Positions 55,012 through 64,000 of a stretch of DNA of 64,000 bases are shown here, piece by piece. The stretch covers positions 51 through 64,050 of the IMG/VR virus record IMGVR_UViG_2597489889_000001; one strand, 5' to 3'. The stretch's first letter is position 1. Each line of letters starts with the position of its first letter. The notes beneath the pieces are model-generated. The model was not told where the DNA came from. It saw nothing but the letters and a program-made list of their open reading frames with translations, and did no database searches. The DNA comes from a virus (lineage: Duplodnaviria; Caudoviricetes). The translations under genes and the position numbers were made by a program.

Positions 55012-58000
55012 ATGACTGACCTCACTCTCGCTGGCAGCAAAGGCGGCGCGTCCAAGCCCCGTCCCTCCGTGGAGGCGCCAGACAGCCTGCAAAGTACGGC
55101 CTATGCCCGTATCCTCGATCTCGTCAGCGAAGGCGAGATTGTCGGTTTGAAAAACGATAAGCGCTCGGTGTTTCTCGACGAGACCCCGCTGGCCAACGCC
55201 GATGGCAGCCTCAACTTCAGTGGCGTGACCCTCGACACCCGCAATGGCAGCCAGGACCAGTCACACATCCCTGGCTTCCCGGCAGTGGAAAACGAAAGCC
55301 CGGTGTCCATCGAGCTGCGCAGCGATCAGCCCTGGACCAAGTCCTACTCCAACCTGCAATTGTCGGCAGTGCGGATACGCCTGGCGGTCACGCGACTGTC
55401 GCAGACCAACACCAGCAATGGCGACACCAACGGTTATACAGTGCAGTACGCCATTGACCTGTCTACCGACGGCGGTGCGTTTACAGAGGTGCTGGCCGCC
55501 GCGTTCAGCGGTAAAACCACCACCAAGTACGAACGTTCCCACCGCGTTGACTTGCCCCCTGCCAAAGTGGGCTGGGCCCTGCGCGTGCGGCGGATCACAC
55601 CGAACTCCACCAGTGGCGCGATTGCCGATACCACCACCGTGGAGTCTTCCACTGAGGTGATTGATGCCAAGCTGCGCTACCCGGGCTCGGCGTTGATCGG
55701 TCTGCAATTCGATGCCGCGCAATTCCAGTCGATCCCCTCGCGCTCTTTCGAACTGCGTGGGCGAATTATCAAGGTGCCGAGTAACTACGACCCGCAAACC
55801 CGTGTGTACAGCGGCGTGTGGGACGGCACGTTCAAATCCGCCTGGACCGACAATCCGGCATGGATTTACTACGATCTGCTGTTGCACCAACGCTATGGCC
55901 TGGGCCACCTGCTCAACGCCGGCCAAGTGGACAAGTGGGAGCTGTACCGCATCGGCCAGTACTGCGACCAGCCGGTGTCCGACGGCAAGGGCGGCACCGA
56001 ACCGCGCTTCACCTGCAACCTGTACCTGTCGGTGCGCGCCGACGCCTTGAAGGTGCTGCAAGACCTGGCGACCACCTTCCGTGGCATGTCCTATTGGGGC
56101 GCGGGTTCGGTGATGGCGGTGGCGGACATGCCGGAAGACCCGGTCTACACCTACTCCAACGCCAACGTCATCGGCGGCCAATTCATCTACGGCGGCTCGG
56201 CGAAAAAGACCCGCTACACCGTCGCCCTGGTCAGTTGGAATGACCCGACGGATTTCTATCGCCAGAAGGTGCAGTACGTCGACGACGCCGAAGGCATCGC
56301 GCGCTATGGCATCCAGCAAACCGAAATCAGTGCCACCGGTTGTACCTCCCAGGCGCAAGCCCAACGCATCGGCAAATGGGCGTTGCTGACCAACCGTCTG
56401 GAAACCGAAAGCGTAACCTTCTCGGTTGGCCTCGACGGCACCCTGGCCCGCCCCGGCCAGATCATCCGCGTGGCCGACAACGACCGCGCCGGCCGCCGCA
56501 TTGGCGGGCGCCTGCGTGCTGCCACACTCGACAGCCTGACCCTGGATGCCGAAGTCACCGCCACTGCCGGCGACACCATCACCCTGGTAATGCCCAACGG
56601 CAAGGCGGTGTCCCGGGCGGTCAAGTCCGTCAGCGCCGCAGGTGCGGATGAGCAGTTGGTAGTGCTGCAAACCAGGCTCGACGAACTCCCGCCGGCCCAA
56701 TCGATCTGGGCTATCGATTCGGCGACCCTGGCTTTGCAACAGTTTCGCGTACTGTCGATATCCGAAGACTTTTCGGATGACGAAATCAAATACAGCCTCA
56801 GCGCGGTCAAGCACGTACCGAGCAAATTTGCCGCCATCGACAACGGCGCCAAAATCGACAGCCCGCCGATCACCGTGATCCCGCCGAGCGTGCAAGCAGC
56901 ACCTACCGGCGTGACGGTCAGCAATGACCATTTCGTCGAGCAAGGCAGTGCGGTCAATGTCATGACCATCGAGTGGCAGCGGGCGGCCAATGCCATCGCC
57001 TATGAGGCTTACTGGCGCAAGAACGACGGTGAGTGGGTCTACGCTGGCCGCACGGGCGGCAGTTCTATCGAGGTGTCCGGCATTTATGCCGGGCGTTATG
57101 TGGCCAAGGTGCGGGCGATCAACGCGCTGGATATCGGCTCCCTGTATAGCGAGTCCGTGGAGACCGTCCTTAACGGCAAGACCACACTGCCGCCGACCGT
57201 GGCAGCGCTGACGACGGAGTCGTTGGTGTTTGCGATCAAGGTCAAATGGCAGATTCCGCAGGGGGTGAGCACAGCGGATTTGCAGCGCACGGAGATCTGG
57301 TACGGGAAAACCGCTGATTTGGCGATGGCAACCAAGCTGGGGGATTACGCCTATCCGCAGACCGATTTGACCATGATGGGGCTGGCGGCGGGGACGTCGT
57401 TGTTTTTCTGGGCACGGTTGGTGGATCGCACGGGCAATATCGGGCCGTGGTTTCCAAGCGGGTCGGGCGTCAACGGGCAAGCGAGTTCGGATGCGTCGCC
57501 GATTCTGGATCTGATCGCAGGGCAAATCAGCGAGACGGAACTGGGCAAGCACTTGCTCGACCGTATCGAGTTGATTGATGGATCTGGCTCGGGTTCGGTC
57601 AACGACCGATTGGACAATACCCGTAAAGAACTGCAAGCACTGGTTGATCAAGTCACGGATGCGTTGCTGTACGACGCGGCCAGGGCATATGCCAGTGGCG
57701 AGTTTGTACGCCAGGAGAGTCATCTTTACCAGGCTATCCAGGCAGTACCGGCTAACAGCCCACCGCCTAACGCGGCTTATTGGCTGGACATTGGCTCCCT
57801 GGTGCAAACCAGCAATGCACTGGCGTTGCAGATCCAGCAGAACAAAACGGCGATTGAGACGGTGGACGGCAAGGTCACCAGTACTGCCCAGAAAACCGAC
57901 GGGGTGTATGCCCAGGTCAACCCGAAGATGGCAGGTGACGAGCAAACCTCATTCGCGGGCGATGACGTTTCCATGGCTGGCACTTGGTCGGTGATGTCGG

Positions 58001-58836
58001 CGATTGCCGAGGGTGATATTGCCCAGGCGATGAAGACGGATGCGTTGGAGGTGAGGGTCAATCAGAACCGAGCCAGTATTACCACCGTAGACAGCGCTTC
58101 TGCTTCCCGGGATGAAGCCCTTGCCCAGCGGGTTACGCGGCTGGATGCAAGGGTCAGTCAGAACCAGGCCAGTATCACCAACGTAGACAGCGCTTCTGCC
58201 TCCCGAGATGAAGCCCTTGGCCAGCGGGTTACGCAGCTGGATGCAAAGGTCAATAACAACTCGGCATCGATCGATACGCGACTGACGACCTTGGCCACTG
58301 CGGATAAAACGCTGGCCCAAAGCATTGAAACGGTACAGACCAAAGTTAACCAACAGTCAGTGAGTATCCAGACCAATGCCTCGGCGATTGCGGATACCAA
58401 TGGGAAGTTGGCGGCGAATTGGTCAGTGCGGATGCAAGTTGCTGCGGGTGGTGGTTATAAGTTCGCCGGTATTGGGTTGGGCATCGAGAATGGTCCAGGT
58501 GGGTTGCAAAGTCAGTTTCTGATTTCAGCGGATCAGTTTGCGATTTATAACGAAAATACCCCGGGTAAGCCGACAACGCCCTTCGCAGTCAGGGGGACTG
58601 AGACGTTTATCGATAGTGCATTCATTCAGAACGGCACGATCACTAACGCCAAAATTGGTCAGGTTATTCAGTCCAATGATTATCAGCCGGGTGTCCGTGG
58701 TTGGAAGCTTGACAAGGCGGGGGGGTTGGAACTTAACGGGGTAGGGGGCGGTGGCCGGATGACCATCAGCAATCAATTGGTTCAAGTGTTTGATGCTAAC
58801 CAGGTATTGCGTGTTCGATTCGGGATCTGGGGTTAA
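55012..58836 (+). CDS. F-type central fibre J
   Basis: GSKGG, WTDNPAWI, FN3, DUF1983-like C-terminus. Confidence 0.92.
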   Translation: MTDLTLAGSKGGASKPRPSVEAPDSLQSTAYARILDLVSEGEIVGLKNDKRSVFLDETPLANADGSLNFSGVTLDTRNGSQDQSHIPGFPAVENESPVSIELRSDQPWTKSYSNLQLSAVRIRLAVTRLSQTNTSNGDTNGYTVQYAIDLSTDGGAFTEVLAAAFSGKTTTKYERSHRVDLPPAKVGWALRVRRITPNSTSGAIADTTTVESSTEVIDAKLRYPGSALIGLQFDAAQFQSIPSRSFELRGRIIKVPSNYDPQTRVYSGVWDGTFKSAWTDNPAWIYYDLLLHQRYGLGHLLNAGQVDKWELYRIGQYCDQPVSDGKGGTEPRFTCNLYLSVRADALKVLQDLATTFRGMSYWGAGSVMAVADMPEDPVYTYSNANVIGGQFIYGGSAKKTRYTVALVSWNDPTDFYRQKVQYVDDAEGIARYGIQQTEISATGCTSQAQAQRIGKWALLTNRLETESVTFSVGLDGTLARPGQIIRVADNDRAGRRIGGRLRAATLDSLTLDAEVTATAGDTITLVMPNGKAVSRAVKSVSAAGADEQLVVLQTRLDELPPAQSIWAIDSATLALQQFRVLSISEDFSDDEIKYSLSAVKHVPSKFAAIDNGAKIDSPPITVIPPSVQAAPTGVTVSNDHFVEQGSAVNVMTIEWQRAANAIAYEAYWRKNDGEWVYAGRTGGSSIEVSGIYAGRYVAKVRAINALDIGSLYSESVETVLNGKTTLPPTVAALTTESLVFAIKVKWQIPQGVSTADLQRTEIWYGKTADLAMATKLGDYAYPQTDLTMMGLAAGTSLFFWARLVDRTGNIGPWFPSGSGVNGQASSDASPILDLIAGQISETELGKHLLDRIELIDGSGSGSVNDRLDNTRKELQALVDQVTDALLYDAARAYASGEFVRQESHLYQAIQAVPANSPPPNAAYWLDIGSLVQTSNALALQIQQNKTAIETVDGKVTSTAQKTDGVYAQVNPKMAGDEQTSFAGDDVSMAGTWSVMSAIAEGDIAQAMKTDALEVRVNQNRASITTVDSASASRDEALAQRVTRLDARVSQNQASITNVDSASASRDEALGQRVTQLDAKVNNNSASIDTRLTTLATADKTLAQSIETVQTKVNQQSVSIQTNASAIADTNGKLAANWSVRMQVAAGGGYKFAGIGLGIENGPGGLQSQFLISADQFAIYNENTPGKPTTPFAVRGTETFIDSAFIQNGTITNAKIGQVIQSNDYQPGVRGWKLDKAGGLELNGVGGGGRMTISNQLVQVFDANQVLRVRFGIWG
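58057..58250 (+). repeat. Two 96-bp (32-aa) tandem repeats in the J coiled coil
   Basis: VNQNRASITTVDSASASRDEALAQRVTRLDAR / VSQNQASITNVDSASASRDEALGQRVTQLDAK. Confidence 0.88.
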
Positions 58837-58864
58837 TCACCAACCCATCAACAGGAGAGAGGCT

Positions 58865-59134
58865 ATGGCAGCAGGATTTCAAGCGTTCAATGCACAGGGC
58901 GGAGTGCTGGTCGATGTAAATACTCGGCTTGCCCGGGTCATTGGCAGAATAAGCAGCGGCACGGGAGCAGGTTCGTTGGTGGTCGATGCATTTGCCCAAG
59001 GTCGTCCTTGGTATATGGTCACACTTGAGGCCGGCATCAATGTTACTGATGGGCCCCAATGCCGTATTTCGCAGAACACCTTGATGTGGAGTGCCTCTGT
59101 CAATCCAGGGCTTATTACGTACGGTATTTCATGA
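58865..59134 (+). CDS. Post-J tail-tip protein
   Basis: MAAGFQAFNAQGGVLVDV; RBS GGAG. Confidence 0.75.
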   Translation: MAAGFQAFNAQGGVLVDVNTRLARVIGRISSGTGAGSLVVDAFAQGRPWYMVTLEAGINVTDGPQCRISQNTLMWSASVNPGLITYGIS

Positions 59135-59844
59135 TGGCTATTGGCTTTCAAGTTTTAAACGATGACCGTAGTGTCCTCCTTGATCAAAACTTTAAAACCT
59201 ACGGTTTTGTGAGTAAGACAACTCAGGTGAGTACTGCCACCAGCAGTAACCCGGCGTGGGGGCAGTACTTGGATGTCTGGATACCGGATGCCGAGGAAAT
59301 TGTGGCTGTACGCGCCCAGAATGAAGCTCACTCAGTGTGCCTGGCGAATGTATCGCGCAGTGGCGGCGGTTACATCCAGCGTTACGTCACGGATGGTTCA
59401 ACGATCGTCAACTTGGATGTATATCGTTTCCGGCCGGGCGTGTCTGCGGGAGGTGCCTTTGGCATGCAGATATTCAATGACCATGGCGAGTTGGTGTATG
59501 ACGCGACGACGCCTCAGTTAATTGTAAGAGACGTATTGGTCGGAACGGATAATTTTGAGGCGGTGGTCGGCGATCATAATTATGAAGCAGGCAAGAAATA
59601 TGCAGTTGTGTTTGGAGGCCGATGTGGGCGAAGTTGGCGCACCACGCAATTTACAGGTGGCGGTGGGAACTTTAGGATTAATGAGTATGCGAGCACCAAC
59701 TTCTTCACTCACGGCCCAGGTAAAATAAATTTCAAGGTCAAATATTATTATTATTTTGGTTATACCAAGCAGCATCAGGTGAAAGAGTTTAATTATCGAG
59801 CTGAAGCCTACAGCTACCTCGTAGTAGACGTAAGCGGGATATGA
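59131..59844 (+). CDS. Post-J tail-tip protein
   Basis: GFQVLNDDRSVLLD and internal GMQIFNDHGELVYD repeat. Confidence 0.75.
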   Translation: MMAIGFQVLNDDRSVLLDQNFKTYGFVSKTTQVSTATSSNPAWGQYLDVWIPDAEEIVAVRAQNEAHSVCLANVSRSGGGYIQRYVTDGSTIVNLDVYRFRPGVSAGGAFGMQIFNDHGELVYDATTPQLIVRDVLVGTDNFEAVVGDHNYEAGKKYAVVFGGRCGRSWRTTQFTGGGGNFRINEYASTNFFTHGPGKINFKVKYYYYFGYTKQHQVKEFNYRAEAYSYLVVDVSGI

Positions 59845-59910
59845 CTACGAGAGATAACAAGATAAGGATATTGCTGAGCTTGAAATGGATTTTCAATTTG
59901 GAGGTGAAGG

Positions 59911-60942
59911 ATGTCACGACAAGAAATTGATCTCGGTACGCGCCCCAGCGGCGTAGGGGGTGATACTCCGCGTAGCGCTAACTTTAAAATCAACGCAATG
60001 ACTCAAGAGCTATATAGCCGGATGGATGCACTTGGCTCGGCGGCTTCCGGCATATTGACGACAAGCGCCGATGACCATACTCCAGGCCGAGTCGTTCGCG
60101 TGGGCGACTTCGGCGTGGGTGCCTACAATCCCCTCCCGGAAGCAGACCTTGATGGTGTGCGCAAAGCGGGCACCTATTATTCAATATCCGGCTTGCATAC
60201 CCCCACAGGCCAAAACGGTTGGTTGACCGTCAATGAGGCCGGCGCCGGCTATACCATGCAAGAGTACTTCGTCGTCAACGACGCTTCGAGGTGGGTTCGT
60301 GTGGAGGTTGTGGGTGTTTGGCAACCCTGGCAAAAAGTCCTCACCGACGGCCCGGGCCTGGCTTCCACCCAGCAACGGCTGGGTCTCAAGTCGCGTGCCT
60401 TCCAGGCCGATGGTGAGCGCCTGCTTGGGCAAAACACCACGGAGGCGGGGAGGGCCAGTGGTTCTCTGGTTTCCTCGCTGACCATCCACACCACCATGCC
60501 CTACACCGAGAGCGAGTCACCGTTGATTCGGTGTGTGGGCTGCATAAACGGCTACACGTCGCCATTTACGCTCGACCTGTCCTGGTACTACTACCAAGGC
60601 TCGTTCAATTCCGGCGTTGCGCTGTTGAATGCGGCATCCCCGGCCATCGGCAGCGTGCAAAGCGGTGCATCGTTGAAAGTCAGCGTATACCGCCGTCCAG
60701 AGACCGGCCTGATGTCCATTTACATCGGTTTTCCCGGAGTGGTCTACCTGCCCCGGTTTGCGATGTACTCAATTCAGACCGGCACCCTTGAAGTGCCTGC
60801 AGCCTTTGCATCGAACTGGATCACGGAGGCGGACATCGCACCGCCTACCGCCGGCATGAACATGGGCGCGCTGAATGTCATCACCACTCTGAACACGGCC
60901 AACTGCGCAAAGCAGGCCGATGGCTCGATAAAGGCGATTTGA
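59911..60942 (+). CDS. F-type side fibre 1
   Basis: MSRQEIDLGTRPSGVGGDTPRSANFKINAMTQELY; GRVVRVGDFGVG. Confidence 0.85.
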   Translation: MSRQEIDLGTRPSGVGGDTPRSANFKINAMTQELYSRMDALGSAASGILTTSADDHTPGRVVRVGDFGVGAYNPLPEADLDGVRKAGTYYSISGLHTPTGQNGWLTVNEAGAGYTMQEYFVVNDASRWVRVEVVGVWQPWQKVLTDGPGLASTQQRLGLKSRAFQADGERLLGQNTTEAGRASGSLVSSLTIHTTMPYTESESPLIRCVGCINGYTSPFTLDLSWYYYQGSFNSGVALLNAASPAIGSVQSGASLKVSVYRRPETGLMSIYIGFPGVVYLPRFAMYSIQTGTLEVPAAFASNWITEADIAPPTAGMNMGALNVITTLNTANCAKQADGSIKAI

Positions 60943-60944
60943 AA

Positions 60945-61271
60945 ATGAGAGCAGTCATTGAACTACGCGGGGCTGAGGGGACTTGTACGGTTGTTCCGTT
61001 CAGCAATCAGAAAGTCACCTCGAAGCGAAAGGCTCAAGGTGTCTATGAAGTGCGCGGTACGTTGGGCCTTATCCCGCTGGCGCCTGAAGGAAGTGGGTGG
61101 GGCTACAGCATGGGAGTGGGTGAGAAAGAGGTTTCGGCAGTTGTCACGTACTCCCGAAAAATCATGACCGTTAAATTGCAAAAAGATGGGCAACCCTACG
61201 AGTTGGTGGGGGCCGTCTCTTTGCATTGTGAAATCGCTGATTCGGCTCCGGTGGTCGTGCCAGTTTTTTGA
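60945..61271 (+). CDS. Fibre 1 chaperone
   Basis: GVYEVRGTLGLIPLAPEGSGWGY resembles the prophage chaperone N-terminus (GQYLVYGTLGMALAPEGWGY). Confidence 0.7.
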   Translation: MRAVIELRGAEGTCTVVPFSNQKVTSKRKAQGVYEVRGTLGLIPLAPEGSGWGYSMGVGEKEVSAVVTYSRKIMTVKLQKDGQPYELVGAVSLHCEIADSAPVVVPVF

Positions 61272-61341
61272 ATAGTTGACTGGCGTTTCCGGTGCCCGCC
61301 TTTGTGCGGGCTTTTTATTGAAATGACTATGGAGAGTCCAC

Positions 61342-62436
61342 ATGGCACGACAGGAAATCAATATTGGTGCGGCACCCACTGGCGTCGGCGGTGACACACC
61401 GCGCAGCGCCAGTATCAAGATCAACGCAATGACCCAGGAGCTGTTCGCCCGCCAGGCTCAGTTGGGCACTGCAGCCACTCAAAACGTGGTGAGCGGCAGC
61501 GACGACTTCACCCCAGGGCGGGTGTCAATGATGGGTCATGCGGGCTGGGGTGCCGAGCCCATTTCGAAACAGCCCACCGACGATGCCAACGAACTGCCGC
61601 GTGTCAGTGGGTTGTTTCAGTTTGGTAATGGGGGCGCCAACCTCCCCAATCCTTATGTGCAGATCCTGCAGATTGCCAACTCGGGTGGCTATATCTGGCA
61701 AACCGCGAAAGCCATGCTGGATGAGTCGGTTTTCACCCGTGGTCGACGGGCTGATGGCCAGTGGACGCCGTGGCGCGCCGAAATCAATACCTCGGTTTTC
61801 GCTCTGGGGACTGCGCCAGGCGCGACGCCGGGAGAATTGATGGGACTATCGGCGGCGCAAACCGCTTCGCCCAACAAAGCCAATACCGGCCTGTACAGCT
61901 ACTACCTACACCCCGACGGTGTGCCGGGCTTTGGTGCGATCAGTGTGCTGTCCCAGGCGTGGGGCCATGACCCGCAATGGCGTGCGCAGTTGTCGATGGC
62001 GGTATCGGGGGACGGTATTCACTTCCGCCAGTTCAGTGTCAACCCAGGCGCGGCTGCGCCCAACTGGCGCAGCATTCTTCATAACGGCAACGCGATTTCC
62101 GGGGTACTCAACGCTGGCCCTTCGGGTGCCCTGCCGATTAATTCGGGGCTCATCGAGCGCGGTGGTTCGCTTGATAATTGGTACTTCCGCTTTGCCGGCG
62201 GTTTGCAAATCTGTCAGCAGCGCTTCACCGGCTACACCGCTGGTGTCACGCGCAACGTTGCATGGCTGGCGGCTTTCGCGGATACGCCTGTGGCGGTGTT
62301 CCCCAACATTTACCCGTCGATTGACTGGGACATGTCGGCCAGGTGCTACGGCAATAGTGGTTCCTACTTTTTTATGTCTGACCGGACGCTGAACAATATC
62401 GTGACAGTGACGGCAATCGGGAGATGGCACGCATGA
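61342..62436 (+). CDS. F-type side fibre 2
   Basis: Same N-terminal motif as fibre 1; C-terminal YFRFAGGLQIC...VTVTAIGRW fibre-tip motif. Confidence 0.85.
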   Translation: MARQEINIGAAPTGVGGDTPRSASIKINAMTQELFARQAQLGTAATQNVVSGSDDFTPGRVSMMGHAGWGAEPISKQPTDDANELPRVSGLFQFGNGGANLPNPYVQILQIANSGGYIWQTAKAMLDESVFTRGRRADGQWTPWRAEINTSVFALGTAPGATPGELMGLSAAQTASPNKANTGLYSYYLHPDGVPGFGAISVLSQAWGHDPQWRAQLSMAVSGDGIHFRQFSVNPGAAAPNWRSILHNGNAISGVLNAGPSGALPINSGLIERGGSLDNWYFRFAGGLQICQQRFTGYTAGVTRNVAWLAAFADTPVAVFPNIYPSIDWDMSARCYGNSGSYFFMSDRTLNNIVTVTAIGRWHA

Positions 62437-62786
62437 TTATTCACCATGTTCCTTTTCGGCCTCTTGGCACCGCGACTCCCACGACAGCCTTTGTCGAAGG
62501 TGAAATATTGATCCTGAATGACCAGAGGATTGACCTTTCGCTGATCCCTGACGGGATGACCCTGCCGATGTCCGCCATCGGGCATGAATTGTTCGCAGGG
62601 CCCGTCAGCCGTCGTAATGGCGAGATCGAATTGACCTTGAAGCTGGCCGTCAACGCGGATGCGCCAGCTTACATGTGGCAGAACGGCAGGCTCCAGGTAT
62701 CGGCGGGGCCGGTTCCCTTTCCGGTCGAGCCGATTGATCTGCCCACTCACTTAGCCAACCCCGCGGAGGGCTTGAGCGATGTTTGA
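62433..62786 (+). CDS. Fibre 2-associated protein
   Basis: LILNDQRIDLSLIPDGMTLPMSAI...GPVSR. Confidence 0.65.
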   Translation: MIIHHVPFRPLGTATPTTAFVEGEILILNDQRIDLSLIPDGMTLPMSAIGHELFAGPVSRRNGEIELTLKLAVNADAPAYMWQNGRLQVSAGPVPFPVEPIDLPTHLANPAEGLSDV

Positions 62787-62970
62787 TTTGTCGAAGCTTG
62801 AACAAAACCAGACGCCCCAAGACCTCCAGGCACAGGCGGACTCGCGTGAGGCCCTCGCTTATCTGGCGTCTACCGACTGGTACAGTTTGCGGTTCCTTGA
62901 AGAGAACACGCCCGTACCCGCAGAGATTCTGGCGGCCAGGGCGGTGGCTCGTGGCAAGGTCATCCCATGA
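62779..62970 (+). CDS. Small fibre-associated protein
   Basis: ALAYLASTDWY...VPAEILAARAVAR. Confidence 0.65.
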   Translation: MFDLSKLEQNQTPQDLQAQADSREALAYLASTDWYSLRFLEENTPVPAEILAARAVARGKVIP

Positions 62971-63518
62971 CGCTCACGCAACTTCAGCAAGTCTTCCCAC
63001 GCGCCCGCTCTCTAGCGGGCGTTTTCATATCCTCACTCAACTTGGCAATGCTGAATCGGCAAATCAGCACTCCCCAACGCGCCGCAGCCTTCCTCGCTCA
63101 AATCGGTCACGAGTCCGGTGAACTGCACTACGTGCGCGAGCTGGGCAGTGATCAATACCTGAGCAAATACGACACCGGCGTCTTGGCGGCGCGCCTGGGT
63201 AACACTCCCGAAGCGGACGCAGATGGACAAAAGTATCGTGGCAGAGGGTTGATCCAGATAACCGGCCGCCGTAATTACCTTGCGTGCAGCCAAGCGCTGT
63301 TCGGTGACGATCGCCTGCTGCGACAACCGCAGTTGCTTGAGCAGCCGCAATGGGCCTGCGAATCCGCCGCCTGGTTCTGGCAAAGCAACGGCCTCAACGA
63401 GCTCGCCGACAAAGACCAGTTCACCACCATCACCCGGCGTATCAACGGCGGCCTCAACGGTCTGGACGACCGTTTGCAGTTGTGGGCCCGGGCGAAGGCG
63501 GTGCTATGCGTTTCCTAG
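62967..63518 (+). CDS. Tailocin endolysin, GH19
   Basis: FLAQIGHESG, YRGRGLIQITGRRNY, ITRRINGG. Confidence 0.93.
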   Translation: MTLTQLQQVFPRARSLAGVFISSLNLAMLNRQISTPQRAAAFLAQIGHESGELHYVRELGSDQYLSKYDTGVLAARLGNTPEADADGQKYRGRGLIQITGRRNYLACSQALFGDDRLLRQPQLLEQPQWACESAAWFWQSNGLNELADKDQFTTITRRINGGLNGLDDRLQLWARAKAVLCVS

Positions 63519-64000
63519 GTGTGTTTCGCTTGATTGGTGTGTGTCTGCTCATGGCGTTGGTCTGGCAGGTACAGGCGTGGCGATACAGGGCGCAGTTGGA
63601 GCTGCAATCGGTGGTCCACGCGCAAGCGCTCAGCCAACAAAGCCAGGCAATCCTTCGCCAGCAACAGGCCGAACAGACCAAACGCCTGGCCCTTGAACAA
63701 CAGCTCTCGACTAGCGACCACCAACACATTCAGGAATTGAACGATGCCCAACGCAACCAAGCGGCTCTGCGCGATCGCCTGGCCACTGCTGATGTGCGGC
63801 TGTCAGTCCTTCTCGACAGCGCCGCCACTGGCTGCACAGTGCCTGCCACCTCCGCCGCCGGCAGCATGGTTCATGCAGCCCCGCGAGCCCGACTTGACCC
63901 GGCGCATGCTCAGCGAATTATCCGCATCACCGACGACGGCGACAGCGCCCTGATCGCCTTGCGCGCTTGCCAGGCCTATGTGCAGGCCGTCGCGCGTTAG
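63506..64000 (+). CDS. Inner-membrane spanin (Rz-like)
   Basis: N-terminal TM; RLSVLLD; GDSALIALRACQAYV. Confidence 0.85.
   Translation: MRFLGVFRLIGVCLLMALVWQVQAWRYRAQLELQSVVHAQALSQQSQAILRQQQAEQTKRLALEQQLSTSDHQHIQELNDAQRNQAALRDRLATADVRLSVLLDSAATGCTVPATSAAGSMVHAAPRARLDPAHAQRIIRITDDGDSALIALRACQAYVQAVAR
63744..63953 (+). CDS. Embedded outer-membrane spanin (Rz1-like)
   Basis: Lipobox LMCG-C; Pro-rich; fully inside Rz in another frame. Confidence 0.8.
   Translation: MPNATKRLCAIAWPLLMCGCQSFSTAPPLAAQCLPPPPPAAWFMQPREPDLTRRMLSELSASPTTATAP

Larger units (their letters stand above)
36650..64000 (+). other. Tailocin locus: R-type module (~38.3-49.0 kb), F-type module (~49.3-62.97 kb), shared regulator and lysis genes; no capsid, terminase or integrase
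   Basis: Gene content and synteny; position beside mutS. Confidence 0.92.

Noticed and set aside
55261-57945. 894-aa minus-strand ORF, and similar long antisense ORFs at 19498-20787, 26802-28937, 29202-30179 and 39677-40708
   Set aside because: Antisense shadows of well-supported GC-rich structural genes; no recognisable motifs
36650-64000. A second intact prophage
   Set aside because: No integrase, replication, terminase, portal or capsid genes; content matches a tailocin

Overview
Pseudomonas chromosomal window (P. fluorescens-group style, judged from a GTGGGAGC-type REPIN and the mutS-linked tailocin locus) with three parts. (1) 1-~35.55 kb: a lambdoid, HK97-capsid siphoviral prophage with integrase/excisionase, CI-Cro switch, replication (initiator, DnaC-like, DnaB), Q, holin/spanins, head, tail tip, J, fibre and GH19 endolysin. 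It appears inserted in the 5' end of mutS: an orphan MSKNTSDLSSHTPMMQQY start sits at 35604-35551 on the minus strand. It looks defective, with one deletion fusing terS to a headless terL and another fusing the head-tail connector to a headless tape measure. Cargo includes a scrambled tail-tip (J/TMP)-like gene after Q, a TerB/membrane trio, a phosphatase and an AT-rich Zn-ribbon/DUF3800-like gene. (2) 35.6-36.5 kb: mutS upstream region and a degenerate zeta-toxin-family gene pair. (3) 36.65-64 kb: a PrtR-like-regulated tailocin locus with an R-type (contractile) module, an F-type (flexible) module and a lysis cassette. It is preceded by a ~350-nt terminated leader rich in CANGGAYG hairpins. 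All family assignments come from motif recognition by eye; no database searches were run.
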